Origin: a candidate division WOR-3 bacterium
Lineage (GTDB): Bacteria > Hydrothermota > Hydrothermia > B15-G9
NCBI GenBank assembly: GCA_015489175.1
Contig: WGAI01000053.1
Coordinates: forward strand, 9,519 to 73,518
Length of the DNA stretch: 64,000 bases
Reading direction: 5' to 3'
The position numbers were made by a program, and so were the translations under genes. Shown here piece by piece: positions 28,605 to 38,000 of the stretch (within the stretch, counting starts at the first letter, position 1; each line of letters opens with the position of its first letter). The notes under the pieces are model-generated. The model was not told where the DNA came from, made no database searches, and was given only the letters and a program-made list of their open reading frames with translations.

Positions 28605-30330
28605 TCCTTCTCCTTCTGGCGATCAGTGCGAATATAACCACGAGTGAGATGTAAGAAAGTGCACCTATCATCGAGCTAATCCCAACTTCGATCTCAGATT
28701 CGAGCTCAAGATTCACTCCAAGGACAACGAGTATCGCTACCAAGATGCCCATCAGCGCATCTCCTGCAACCAGACCGGAGGCGTAGAGCGTGCCGTCATC
28801 GTGTCTCAGGAAGTGCGACAGCATACCGCCTACAAAGAGCGGCGTCGAGAGCTCGACAGGCAGGTAAAGTCCAACTGCTACGGGCAGGGAATCCACACCT
28901 AACAGTTCAACCACCATCGCTATCGCCATCCCGCTGAGTATCAACACCCAAGGCACAGTGCCGCTCATGACGCCTTTGACCACCATCGACATTATGGTGG
29001 CCTGAGGAGCTGACAGGTCACGCGAACCGATGTGATAAGCCGTATCCAACAGTTTCAACACATAGCCAATTACCAGAGCCACGAACAGAACACCCAACAA
29101 CTCCGCAACCTGCTGTTTCCACGGTGTAGCACGCACGAGGTAGCCGGTTTTGAGATCCTGCGATGTGTCGCCTGCGATCGCAGCCGCTATGCACACAACT
29201 GCGCCGAATGTCATGGCCAGCAACATCGCTTTAGTGTCTCTCATACCCATTGCGGCAAACAGGAGGGAAATGGCAAATAGTGCTGCTATTGTCATGCCGG
29301 ACACGGGGTTGGACGAACTGCCAACTATTCCCACAATCCTTGAGGATACGGCTACGAAAAGGAAGGCGAAAATAACGAGCAAAATCGAAAGCCAAAAACT
29401 AAGCCCGAGAAGCAATGGCATCGCCATTATCACAACAGCTAAACCTCCAAGCACATAGGCCATTGGCAGATCACGACTTTTCCCAAAACTCAATGACACC
29501 TGTCCCAACGCTCTCAGGATGTATTTTGCGCTTTTCCCAAGGCTCACAAGGCCGCCCATGAGGACCGCACCAGCGCCTATAAACCGCACCTCATGGCTCC
29601 AGATCGAGAAAAGGTCATCGGCGGAGGCCACGCTGACGCCCGAAAATCGGGCTATGATAGGTATCAGAACCGCCCATCCGAGAAGCCCACCCGCGATAAC
29701 CAGAGACGAAATTCTCAGCCCGAGTATGTATCCGACGCCGAGCAGTGAAGGCGAGAGGTCGATGCCTATGTAGGCATTATAACCTCTTATGAGCATTCCG
29801 GGCGCCATCCCAAACAACTTCAACGCCGAACCCAGAAACTTGAAGATCCCGCCAGCTGTAAAACCGAGGAATACCAACTTCGCCTTTTCGCCTCCCTCTT
29901 CTCCCGCTTCAAGCACCTCAGCACATGCTGTGCCCTCAGGGTATGGCAAAACTCCATGTTCGTCCTCTATCAGGTGTTTCCTGAGCGGAACCATCAACAA
30001 AACGCCAAGGATACCGCCGATAAGAGACACCACAAATGTGAAATAGACCGATGCATCCAGGCCGAGTAAAATGACTGCCGGTATCGTAAAAATCACACCC
30101 GCAGCGAGCGATTCTCCGGCCGAAGCTATGGTCTGAACGATGTTGTTCTCGAGTATCGTTCCGCGCCGCAGGAGCCCACGCAAAATCGCCATCGAAACCA
30201 CCGCTGCCGGAATGGAAGCGGAAACCGTCATGCCTATGCGGAGGCCCAGATATGCATTTGCCGCTCCGAAAACAACGGCAAGCAAAACTCCGAGAACGAT
30301 TGCCCTCAATGTGAACTCTTTGCCAATCAT
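28594..30330 (-). CDS. OPT-family oligopeptide transporter
   Basis: NAYLGLRIG, ENNIVQT, YPEGTACA, SNPVSGM, QDLKTG and APQA motifs. Confidence 0.95.
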   Translation of the reverse strand: MIGKEFTLRAIVLGVLLAVVFGAANAYLGLRIGMTVSASIPAAVVSMAILRGLLRRGTILENNIVQTIASAGESLAAGVIFTIPAVILLGLDASVYFTFVVSLIGGILGVLLMVPLRKHLIEDEHGVLPYPEGTACAEVLEAGEEGGEKAKLVFLGFTAGGIFKFLGSALKLFGMAPGMLIRGYNAYIGIDLSPSLLGVGYILGLRISSLVIAGGLLGWAVLIPIIARFSGVSVASADDLFSIWSHEVRFIGAGAVLMGGLVSLGKSAKYILRALGQVSLSFGKSRDLPMAYVLGGLAVVIMAMPLLLGLSFWLSILLVIFAFLFVAVSSRIVGIVGSSSNPVSGMTIAALFAISLLFAAMGMRDTKAMLLAMTFGAVVCIAAAIAGDTSQDLKTGYLVRATPWKQQVAELLGVLFVALVIGYVLKLLDTAYHIGSRDLSAPQATIMSMVVKGVMSGTVPWVLILSGMAIAMVVELLGVDSLPVAVGLYLPVELSTPLFVGGMLSHFLRHDDGTLYASGLVAGDALMGILVAILVVLGVNLELESEIEVGISSMIGALSYISLVVIFALIARRRRNEK

Positions 30331-30418
30331 GAGCATATTTTAAAGAAATTTCTGGTTGACAAACAACAAATCGGTTGAAAGAACGGGAATCTTACGCAAA
30401 ACAGATTGGAAGTGGGAC

Positions 30419-30835
30419 TCAGTCGAGTGAATTTAGGTATTCCTGAAGTATCAGATGGGCGGCGAGCATGTCAACTTTGTGCTTTCTGCGCGACGGTTTC
30501 TGTCCGGTCTGACGAATCACATCCTCAGCCATCACACTCGTAAACCTCTCATCCCAGAAAACGATCTCCACATCGATCTCCTGCCTGAGCTTTTCCGCAA
30601 ACTCCTCGACAAGTCCAGCAAGTCGGCCTTTCTCACCCGAAAGCAGAAGCGGCATACCGATAACGATGATGTCAACGCCCCGTTCAGCAACGACCTTCTT
30701 GATCTCCTGTATCGGATCACTGTTGCGGGCATTTATTGTTTTAAGCGGCAGAGCAATTTTCAGGTCAGTATCGCCGATCGCAAGTCCGATCCTCGCCTCA
30801 CCGAAATCGATGCCGAGAACGACCTTATGCGCCAT
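30419..30835 (-). CDS. ruvX: Holliday junction resolvase-like / pre-16S rRNA nuclease YqgF
   Basis: GIDFGEARIGLA, DERFTS and VD..AA..ILQ motifs. Confidence 0.95.
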   Translation of the reverse strand: MAHKVVLGIDFGEARIGLAIGDTDLKIALPLKTINARNSDPIQEIKKVVAERGVDIIVIGMPLLLSGEKGRLAGLVEEFAEKLRQEIDVEIVFWDERFTSVMAEDVIRQTGQKPSRRKHKVDMLAAHLILQEYLNSLD

Positions 30836-31721
30836 CCTTCCTCCTCGCCATCATCGAGACAGCTATCAAAAAGAAGAACAACTCGACAAGTGTCACCCAG
30901 ATTCTGGCCATAATGGCGACGGCCGAAGCCACAGCCTCGCCGAACCGATCCTTAAGAAACGCAGCCATAAGCCCTTCTCGCACGCCAAAACCGCCCGGAA
31001 CGAACACCGTTATCAACCCAACAATGTAGGAAAAAGCATAAATTGGGATGTAGTCCAGCGTGAAATTGGCTCCCGTTATGCCCCTGACGAACAGTCCGAA
31101 ACCCACGCCGTAGCCGATCCACAAAAAACCGTAAAGCAGTATGAACTCCAGAAGGCTGAGTGTATCCAGATGAACCCTGATCTCAATTCCCCTGATTTTC
31201 TTGCCTATGAAGTTGATCCATTTTTTGAACACGGGCGGATACACCATCAAAATGAGGAACACAACTGTCATGAGCAGGAAGTAAATTGATTCTTTCTTCT
31301 GGGCCAAAACTATAGGAATAGATATGACAAATCCCGCGAGTATCGCAAGCACCTGCGTCAGGATGCTGGCGGATGTGGTAACCTCAGCCGGTATGCCTTC
31401 ACGCTCGCCCATAATAGCGAGGCCGGCGAGCTGCCACACCTTGCCCGGAAGATACCGCCCCATCGCCGAGATCCACCAGATGACAAAAAGTTTGCCGAAA
31501 GCGAGCTCGTAGCCGAACTTCTTTAGCAGCTGGAGCCATACCCACACGCTGAACAGCTGGGTTGCAGCAAAAAACAGGAATGATATGAGGAGCGAAAGGT
31601 AGTCTATTTGCCAGTGGAAGTCCTTGACCTGCTGCCAGTTTACAACTATGCCTCTTATGAGGTAAGCGAATATCGCAACGATGATGGCAACGCCGATGAC
31701 CGTCTTGAAGCCTTTTTTCAT
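30825..31721 (-). CDS. Lysylphosphatidylglycerol synthase TM-domain / flippase-like protein
   Basis: GRYLPGKVW and PGGFGVREG motifs; multi-TM. Confidence 0.85.
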   Translation of the reverse strand: MKKGFKTVIGVAIIVAIFAYLIRGIVVNWQQVKDFHWQIDYLSLLISFLFFAATQLFSVWVWLQLLKKFGYELAFGKLFVIWWISAMGRYLPGKVWQLAGLAIMGEREGIPAEVTTSASILTQVLAILAGFVISIPIVLAQKKESIYFLLMTVVFLILMVYPPVFKKWINFIGKKIRGIEIRVHLDTLSLLEFILLYGFLWIGYGVGFGLFVRGITGANFTLDYIPIYAFSYIVGLITVFVPGGFGVREGLMAAFLKDRFGEAVASAVAIMARIWVTLVELFFFLIAVSMMARRKDGA

Positions 31722-32242
31722 AAGGATTCCCGTTTGGCTTCCTCTGCGCTCCATCGAGGGATCAGGCCTATCGTGAGGCGCAGCTCATGACCGCATTTCG
31801 GACATGTCCGTGTTTCTTTGTGGGCAAGGAAAAACAGATGGTTCAGGTTAAAAACCGTTGCGATTATGGCGATCTTGAGGAGCAAATCTGAGTTAAGCAA
31901 GACTGCGAGAAGAGCAGAGCCCCACACGACACCGTTGACAATGGCAAAGCTTATGGCGACGGCTCTCCAGCCGACAAAGAGGGTTCGGAAACCGAAACCG
32001 TTATCAGCCTCTGCGAATGTCAGCTTATGTTTCATCGCTATTCCGACATGCAACTCGCTACCGCAATTGGGACATTTCACCGTGCCGCTGTCTAAAAAGA
32101 CGGCGTAAAGCCACAGGACGAAAACCCCGAACGCAACGGCGATTCCGATCGGCAGCAGTGGTGATTTCAGGCCTTCGGTCAGAATGGTAAAGACCAAGAC
32201 ATCTATGGCGAACATCCTGATGTTCCAGTTCCTCCATCTCAT
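31718..32242 (-). CDS. Membrane protein with two CPxCG Zn-ribbon motifs
   Basis: TM-TM-CPNCGSEL ... TM-TM-CPKCGHEL; overlaps both neighbours. Confidence 0.7.
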   Translation of the reverse strand: MRWRNWNIRMFAIDVLVFTILTEGLKSPLLPIGIAVAFGVFVLWLYAVFLDSGTVKCPNCGSELHVGIAMKHKLTFAEADNGFGFRTLFVGWRAVAISFAIVNGVVWGSALLAVLLNSDLLLKIAIIATVFNLNHLFFLAHKETRTCPKCGHELRLTIGLIPRWSAEEAKRESL

Positions 32243-32928
32243 TTCAAATCCTGTCCCTTGAGTTTTTTCATTCTGTTGACCACAGCGTCGGGCAACCTGA
32301 GATAAAAAGGCTCAAGCACCTCAGGGTTCTCAAATTCGCCCTTCTCGATAGAGTCCAGTGCGAGTATGCCGACCCACTTTGCTGAGGGCACCATTGGATC
32401 ATGATACGGTCTCGGTTTCAAATCGTGCTTGATGGCACCGCTCCCGACAAAGAAATCCGCTTTTCCCGCTATTTTCTGCGGCTTGTCGATCAGGTAATCG
32501 CTTTTGCGATGCCATTTCTCACCATCTGACTCATACACGGCATAATACACCTCTCCCTTTTGTGCATCTATCGCCGAAATCGCGCGTCTGCCTTCTCTCG
32601 GCTCAACCTCGAAAGCGAGTGCGTCAAGCGTGTTGATAGCAACGATTTTGGTGCCGTGAACGAAGGAAAAGGCTTTAGCGAACGAAAGTCCGACACGCAG
32701 CGCCGTGAAGAAGCCTGGGCCTATAGACAGAGCGATGTAACCGATCTCATCAGGCTTCACATCGGCCGATTTCAGGATGGCATCAAAAAGGATGTTGATG
32801 ACCTCGGAATGTGCGAATTTCCTCCCGCTAAAAGCAGAGGCCAGAAGTTTCTCACCTTCGAGCAGAGCAAGCTCGGTCGTCATGCCAGATGTCTCAATAG
32901 CTAAGACAGGTTCTTTTTGATTATCCAT
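32239..32928 (-). CDS. tsaB: tRNA threonylcarbamoyladenosine biosynthesis protein TsaB
   Basis: LAIETS, HSE, GPGFFTALRVG, IDAQKGEVY and LEPFYLR motifs. Confidence 0.92.
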   Translation of the reverse strand: MDNQKEPVLAIETSGMTTELALLEGEKLLASAFSGRKFAHSEVINILFDAILKSADVKPDEIGYIALSIGPGFFTALRVGLSFAKAFSFVHGTKIVAINTLDALAFEVEPREGRRAISAIDAQKGEVYYAVYESDGEKWHRKSDYLIDKPQKIAGKADFFVGSGAIKHDLKPRPYHDPMVPSAKWVGILALDSIEKGEFENPEVLEPFYLRLPDAVVNRMKKLKGQDLK

Positions 32929-33875
32929 GCTGCATCCTCCGGCAAAACAGTGTTAATGTTCACGCCGGTGCCGACTTCAAAGCCAGCGAGCCCGGCTATC
33001 CTCGGCGTTATCTCGATGTGGTAATGGTAATATCTATCTGGCAATGAGTGGATTATGAGGTTGTATGAGAAATTGCCGAGATGTGCCTTCAAAGCCCGCA
33101 CAATCGAGCGGAACAGGGTCGCAATCTGCTTGAGCTCATCGTCGGTGGCCTCACCGAAATCAGGACGATGCTCGATTGGCACTATCCATGTCTCAAACGC
33201 AAATCGGGATGCAAACGGTGTGAATGCGACAAAATCGCGCGTCCTGCCAACCACACGCCTGTCCTGCTCAAGCTCGCTTTGAACCATCTCGCACAGGATC
33301 GGCCGCCTCTTCATCGCCCGCAACTCACGCATGGGATACTCAGGGATAAACGGCATCGCAAGGATTTGAGTGTGAGGATGAGGCAGAGAAGCACCGGCAA
33401 GCGGCCCCCAGTTCCTGAAAATCTGGACATATTTGATGATCTTCCTGCTCCTCAGCTCGTTATAACGCATCTGATACACCTTGAAGACTTCCTTTACCCG
33501 CTCCACAGGGTGGTCCGACAGGTCTGCATCGTGGTCAGGAGTTTCGATGACCAGTTCGTGGTAACCAGTCCCGTCCATCCTCTCGTATATCGAATTTATG
33601 CAGGTTTTGGACGGTTTCTCATCGCCCATGAGAGCAGGATATTTGTTTGGGATCACTCGAATGCGCCAGCCGGAAGTGTCAGGTTGGCGGTTGACGTCAT
33701 GGCTCAAAGCCCATATTTCAGGTGGGGTCATGTGCTCCCGTCCCTCGCAGAACGGGCATCTATCACGGCCACGATCGTGGTTGCCAAAATTGAGCTGTAT
33801 CGGGCGGCTCTGCCTGCCCGGCGCTATGAGAACGCGCACCCCTTTAAGCGGTTCGTATCTGATTTCAGGCTTCAT
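32901..33875 (-). CDS. galT: Galactose-1-phosphate uridylyltransferase
   Basis: CPFCEG, PNKYPAL, GASLPHPHTQ and AGFEVGTG motifs. Confidence 0.92.
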   Translation of the reverse strand: MKPEIRYEPLKGVRVLIAPGRQSRPIQLNFGNHDRGRDRCPFCEGREHMTPPEIWALSHDVNRQPDTSGWRIRVIPNKYPALMGDEKPSKTCINSIYERMDGTGYHELVIETPDHDADLSDHPVERVKEVFKVYQMRYNELRSRKIIKYVQIFRNWGPLAGASLPHPHTQILAMPFIPEYPMRELRAMKRRPILCEMVQSELEQDRRVVGRTRDFVAFTPFASRFAFETWIVPIEHRPDFGEATDDELKQIATLFRSIVRALKAHLGNFSYNLIIHSLPDRYYHYHIEITPRIAGLAGFEVGTGVNINTVLPEDAAWIIKKNLS

Positions 33876-33887
33876 AACAACAACTGC

Positions 33888-36350
33888 TTAAAAATTGTAG
33901 AAAATGCTCGCTGACACCGAATAGTAAGGTTCCTTTTCCACGAAATTGTATATTGGTTTTCCGTCGGGGTCGTAAACAGGATGGTCATACAGGCCGACAT
34001 GCGGGTATTCCGTGCTCTTTATCCGATATTTCAACTTCATGCCGAGGTTTGGCGATAGCCGTTCAAGGAAACTTATGTAAAACTTCTGTCCGTTGCCGTA
34101 GAGGAAATCGATACCCGTGTCCTCGAAGATCCATTGTGACATGCCGTTGGTCGTCCAGACGGCCGCGCCCGATTTGAATTGCAGCTTGCGCGAGAAATTG
34201 TGGCTCCATGTCACAGCCACGAAACCTCCATCTATGTCGGCATCGCGATACGACGGCCGAGGCGAAAGTAACACTCTGCCATAGCGGAGCTCAAGTCCGA
34301 TGAAATCCGTGCCGCTCAACACAACAAAGCTGCGCAAAGTTGTTTCCAGCGTCCGCGATTCCGAAACGCCAAGCTTGTTGAAGTTGTGCCTGACCTGAAT
34401 TTTCTGCTTCAGTCTGAACCTGAGCGCATACACAGGTCGATATTCGATCTCCCCCTGAAACCTGTAGTTCCAGAGGCCATCGGTGTTGTCGCGCCATGTA
34501 TCGATGTAAACACGCGGGAATATGATGTTTCTGACGGGCTGGAAACGGGTTTCGACATAGATGCCGGTCTCAGGCTTCGGCAGGGGAAGATCCACAAGTC
34601 CCGATGCCAGAGGATCGGTCAATCTGTATTCCTTTTCGAGCGGTGTGTCAGTGAACCTTCTATCTTCGTAGAACGGCCTCGAATACGGATTGAGATAATC
34701 CGGCTCATAGTGCCTCAACAGCGCGTCCACATAAAAAGTGCTTTGTTGAAGTCGAGCTCTTGCGACGAACGCCGAACCGTGTCCTATCTCCCTGGCGTAT
34801 TCAAACTCGAAGGAGACAGGCATGATGACAGTTCTCGCCTCGATTCCCACGAAGCTTTGTGACCGCCCTCTTGCGGGGTCAGGGAGGGGGAAGGACGGAT
34901 CGCCTTTCAGCGAATCTGCGTCACCGGGTATATCAAGGTCTTCAAATCTGAAGGAGAGCGGGACATTGCGTTCGATTTTCATGAAGTTGACGCCAAACTG
35001 TGTTCCGATGAGCGGACCGTAGGGCAGATTGGCCTTGAAACTACCTCCGTAAACCGTCTCCTGAAATTTCGTTTCGTAAGCGTAAGGCACAAAGGTGGAT
35101 GCGTAGTAGAAAATCGGTTTCCCTTTTCTGTCAGGCACAGCATTACGGGGCGATCTGGAGGCGAACATCATGAAATCAAGCCAGCGGTGAGTGAAGTCTG
35201 CGGCTATTCCCCTGAAGGCGAAACCGTCGGTCGAGGATATGTCACCGTAAAGCCCCTGCGGACGCCAGATGCTCCTCGACCGCGAATCATCCGTGTTATC
35301 CACAAGAAGCCCCTGACCGAGCGCTATGTGATAATTCCCGATGTAAAGCCGTTTAACAGGCCCCCATTTCACAATCCCGATATACCCTTTGACGAGGCCC
35401 CTTGAGTTGCGTCTGCCTTCTTCGATGTAGTTCCTCCTGTATGGACTCGATTCGTAGAGTATGCCGCCCTGAAATTTCGAGTAGCTGTAAAAATTGAGTT
35501 TAACCTTGGAATAAGGGAAAAGCGTCCTGCTTGTGACATCCTCCCTCTCAGACCTGAGCCTCTCGACGAGCGAATCAACCTGAGCCTGAGTCCATCCGCT
35601 GTTCAGGAGTGCGGTTGCGAGCGTAGAGTCGCGCGTTGTATCCGTCAGCTCGGCGATCCTGCTGTAAAGTTCGCTCCCGCCTGTGTAAATTTCATTAGGC
35701 AATGCGCTATACATATAGAACCAGCCTGAGAGAGGACGCGGTCTGAGGTCGGAATAAACGACATAATCGCGCATGTTTCGATAGCCGTAGTATGACAGGC
35801 CAGGCACACGGCGCAGGTCGCCTGAATGCCTGATTCTGAGCTTGCGCGCCCAGCTTACGACAGCCGCCGCATCGATCAGGGAAACCCGATCCAGTGCATA
35901 TAGCTCGTCAACGGTCGCCTTGTTCACATTTATCGGATTGGACAGGAACGAAATCCACTGATCCATTGCGTATTCCGTCGGGCTTTCCTCAGCGGCTCCC
36001 CTCTCACGAACCCGCTCAGCATAATAGGAGAAGTCCCTTCCCGGAACCATTTTGTAAACGATGATGTATTTTTTCCACCGCTTGAGGTCGCCGGGCGTCA
36101 CACCGGGCACCTTCCCAAGCTCGTAATAGCTTTCAAACGGGCCGTGCAATTCCCGATAGACATAGATGGATTCCGCCTTTTCAGGTGGGACATGGTATGT
36201 GTTAAGCACAGAGTCGAGCGGTAAGCCCTTCTGGGAGGCAACTATTTTGGCATCGTCATATCCGATCGGTAGCATTTTTATGGAATCGAGAGGGGCCGTG
36301 TTGATTGAAATCACCGGGAACGCCCACAAAATGGCCAGCAGTAAAGTCAT
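33888..36350 (-). CDS. Helix-hairpin-helix (ComEA-like) domains fused to a predicted outer-membrane beta-barrel
   Basis: Signal peptide; HhH units 'YRELHGPFESYYELGKVPGV' and 'INVNKATVDEL...DLRRVPGL'; amphipathic strands ending in SASIFYNF. Confidence 0.8.
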   Translation of the reverse strand: MTLLLAILWAFPVISINTAPLDSIKMLPIGYDDAKIVASQKGLPLDSVLNTYHVPPEKAESIYVYRELHGPFESYYELGKVPGVTPGDLKRWKKYIIVYKMVPGRDFSYYAERVRERGAAEESPTEYAMDQWISFLSNPINVNKATVDELYALDRVSLIDAAAVVSWARKLRIRHSGDLRRVPGLSYYGYRNMRDYVVYSDLRPRPLSGWFYMYSALPNEIYTGGSELYSRIAELTDTTRDSTLATALLNSGWTQAQVDSLVERLRSEREDVTSRTLFPYSKVKLNFYSYSKFQGGILYESSPYRRNYIEEGRRNSRGLVKGYIGIVKWGPVKRLYIGNYHIALGQGLLVDNTDDSRSRSIWRPQGLYGDISSTDGFAFRGIAADFTHRWLDFMMFASRSPRNAVPDRKGKPIFYYASTFVPYAYETKFQETVYGGSFKANLPYGPLIGTQFGVNFMKIERNVPLSFRFEDLDIPGDADSLKGDPSFPLPDPARGRSQSFVGIEARTVIMPVSFEFEYAREIGHGSAFVARARLQQSTFYVDALLRHYEPDYLNPYSRPFYEDRRFTDTPLEKEYRLTDPLASGLVDLPLPKPETGIYVETRFQPVRNIIFPRVYIDTWRDNTDGLWNYRFQGEIEYRPVYALRFRLKQKIQVRHNFNKLGVSESRTLETTLRSFVVLSGTDFIGLELRYGRVLLSPRPSYRDADIDGGFVAVTWSHNFSRKLQFKSGAAVWTTNGMSQWIFEDTGIDFLYGNGQKFYISFLERLSPNLGMKLKYRIKSTEYPHVGLYDHPVYDPDGKPIYNFVEKEPYYSVSASIFYNF

Positions 36351-36352
36351 AC

Positions 36353-37195
36353 TTACCTCCTAAATCCGATTGTAAATGTGTGGGTTACGGGGAAAGACGG
36401 CACGATGGTAGCAGAGTAATCGAACCTGAACCCTCTAAACCTGGAGGTAAAGCCTGCCGAAAAGCTCAGATAATCTCCTTGCGACTGAACGCCGCCCCTC
36501 AAAATAAACCTTCCAAGCTCCACGGATTGACCTATGGCAACGGTGACAGGCATATCGTATTCCTTCCTTATGTCAACCGATGTCAGGGTGTTCCTTGTGG
36601 GCCTCAATGCAACCCCGAAGGACAGCGATGATGGCAGTCGGTAGCCCTTCCCATCGGCGGTCCGCAAAGTGGCCCCGCTTATGTTTTGTCCGAACAGGCC
36701 AACGCTCCACTTCGAGTAGAAATGGGCTATAATGCCGATGTCCATACCGAGTGCGCTCGTCGGATTAAAGCGAGGCATAGAAAGTCGGTAATAGTTGAAT
36801 TTCATACCGAATGCTACCTTATCGTTCATCGGAATGGCAGCGCCGAGGGCAAGTATCTGCTCGCCGTAATCGCCGTTGTAATCGCCAGAGAGCGAAGCGC
36901 CGTAATCGTTGAAAGCCATTCCCACACCAACATCCCCGATTTTTCTAACGAATCCTACAAGCCCATCACGGAGCTGAGAGTCCATGCCGCCGAACGGCTT
37001 TTCGTAGGAGATCAGCAGATCAGTAGTGTTATCATCCATCTTCAGTCCGGCAGGGTTCCAGAAAAGGGCATCTGCGCCGTATGAGATCGCAGTGAATGCT
37101 CCACTCATGCCCCTCGGATAAGCCGGCAACTGCTGCCATTCAAATGCCGCATAAGATGTGCCAACAAAGAGAAGCAAAGCAAGTATCTGTTTCAT
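36353..37195 (-). CDS. PorV/PorQ-like outer-membrane beta-barrel
   Basis: Signal peptide; RGMSGAFTA..ALFWNPAGL; C-terminal FDYS...HTFTIGF. Confidence 0.8.
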   Translation of the reverse strand: MKQILALLLFVGTSYAAFEWQQLPAYPRGMSGAFTAISYGADALFWNPAGLKMDDNTTDLLISYEKPFGGMDSQLRDGLVGFVRKIGDVGVGMAFNDYGASLSGDYNGDYGEQILALGAAIPMNDKVAFGMKFNYYRLSMPRFNPTSALGMDIGIIAHFYSKWSVGLFGQNISGATLRTADGKGYRLPSSLSFGVALRPTRNTLTSVDIRKEYDMPVTVAIGQSVELGRFILRGGVQSQGDYLSFSAGFTSRFRGFRFDYSATIVPSFPVTHTFTIGFRR

Positions 37196-37263
37196 AAATA
37201 CCCTCCTTACATTTTCATCGAGAGACCGTCGTAAAATATACAGCAAAAAGTGCGGAAAGGATT

Positions 37264-37758
37264 TTATTTCAATGCATGAAGGAACCGCCTGATGTGATCA
37301 ATCAGCGCCTTCCTCTTGACGATGGCAGTCACCGTTCCCCAGACAATGGCAAAGACGGCCAGTGTCCGCTCATTTGACCATACGGTATAAAATGTCATTA
37401 GTATCCCGCCGAATGAAAAACTCATGAAAACCGCATCGTTGCCCGTGACAGCGAACATCAAACCCCATGCGGCCCCGTAAAGCAAAACAAAAATCGAAGA
37501 ATAGGCACCGTAATGTATGGTTACCCATATTAAACCCGAAATCACAAGGAATATGTCAGCAATGACATCAAGATCCTTAAGTTTACCGTGCCCCTGCTTG
37601 CTTTTTCGGGCAAGATAGCCATCAAGGTTGTCGGACAACCAGCCCCCGAAATAAAGCGTTGCCGCTAAAACAATACTTGAACCGTCCAGAACGGAATAGC
37701 TTATGAGAGCAATTGCCAGCAAAAACCGCAGAATGGTGAAAAGATCAGCGATGATCAT
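37264..37758 (-). CDS. CDP-alcohol phosphatidyltransferase family protein
   Basis: DLFTILR and D.LDGYLAR.....G..KDLD..AD motifs. Confidence 0.88.
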   Translation of the reverse strand: MIIADLFTILRFLLAIALISYSVLDGSSIVLAATLYFGGWLSDNLDGYLARKSKQGHGKLKDLDVIADIFLVISGLIWVTIHYGAYSSIFVLLYGAAWGLMFAVTGNDAVFMSFSFGGILMTFYTVWSNERTLAVFAIVWGTVTAIVKRKALIDHIRRFLHALK

Positions 37759-38000
37759 GATGGCTCAATTATATGGTCGATCACCCTGAGTTAGTAAGCA
37801 TTTTATTCATTTTTTGCGCATATTTAAAGTTGATTTTATGACAAATTCGGCTTATTCTACGGAGAACCATAGCAAGGGGGTGGAAGTTAAGATGTCAATT
37901 CATTTCCCTTTTTCAGATGTATCTGATGTTTGGGAGTCCCCACATCTTTTCCCACCATTTTTAATGTGCAAAACCAACAACCTTTCAGGAGGTGATTTAT

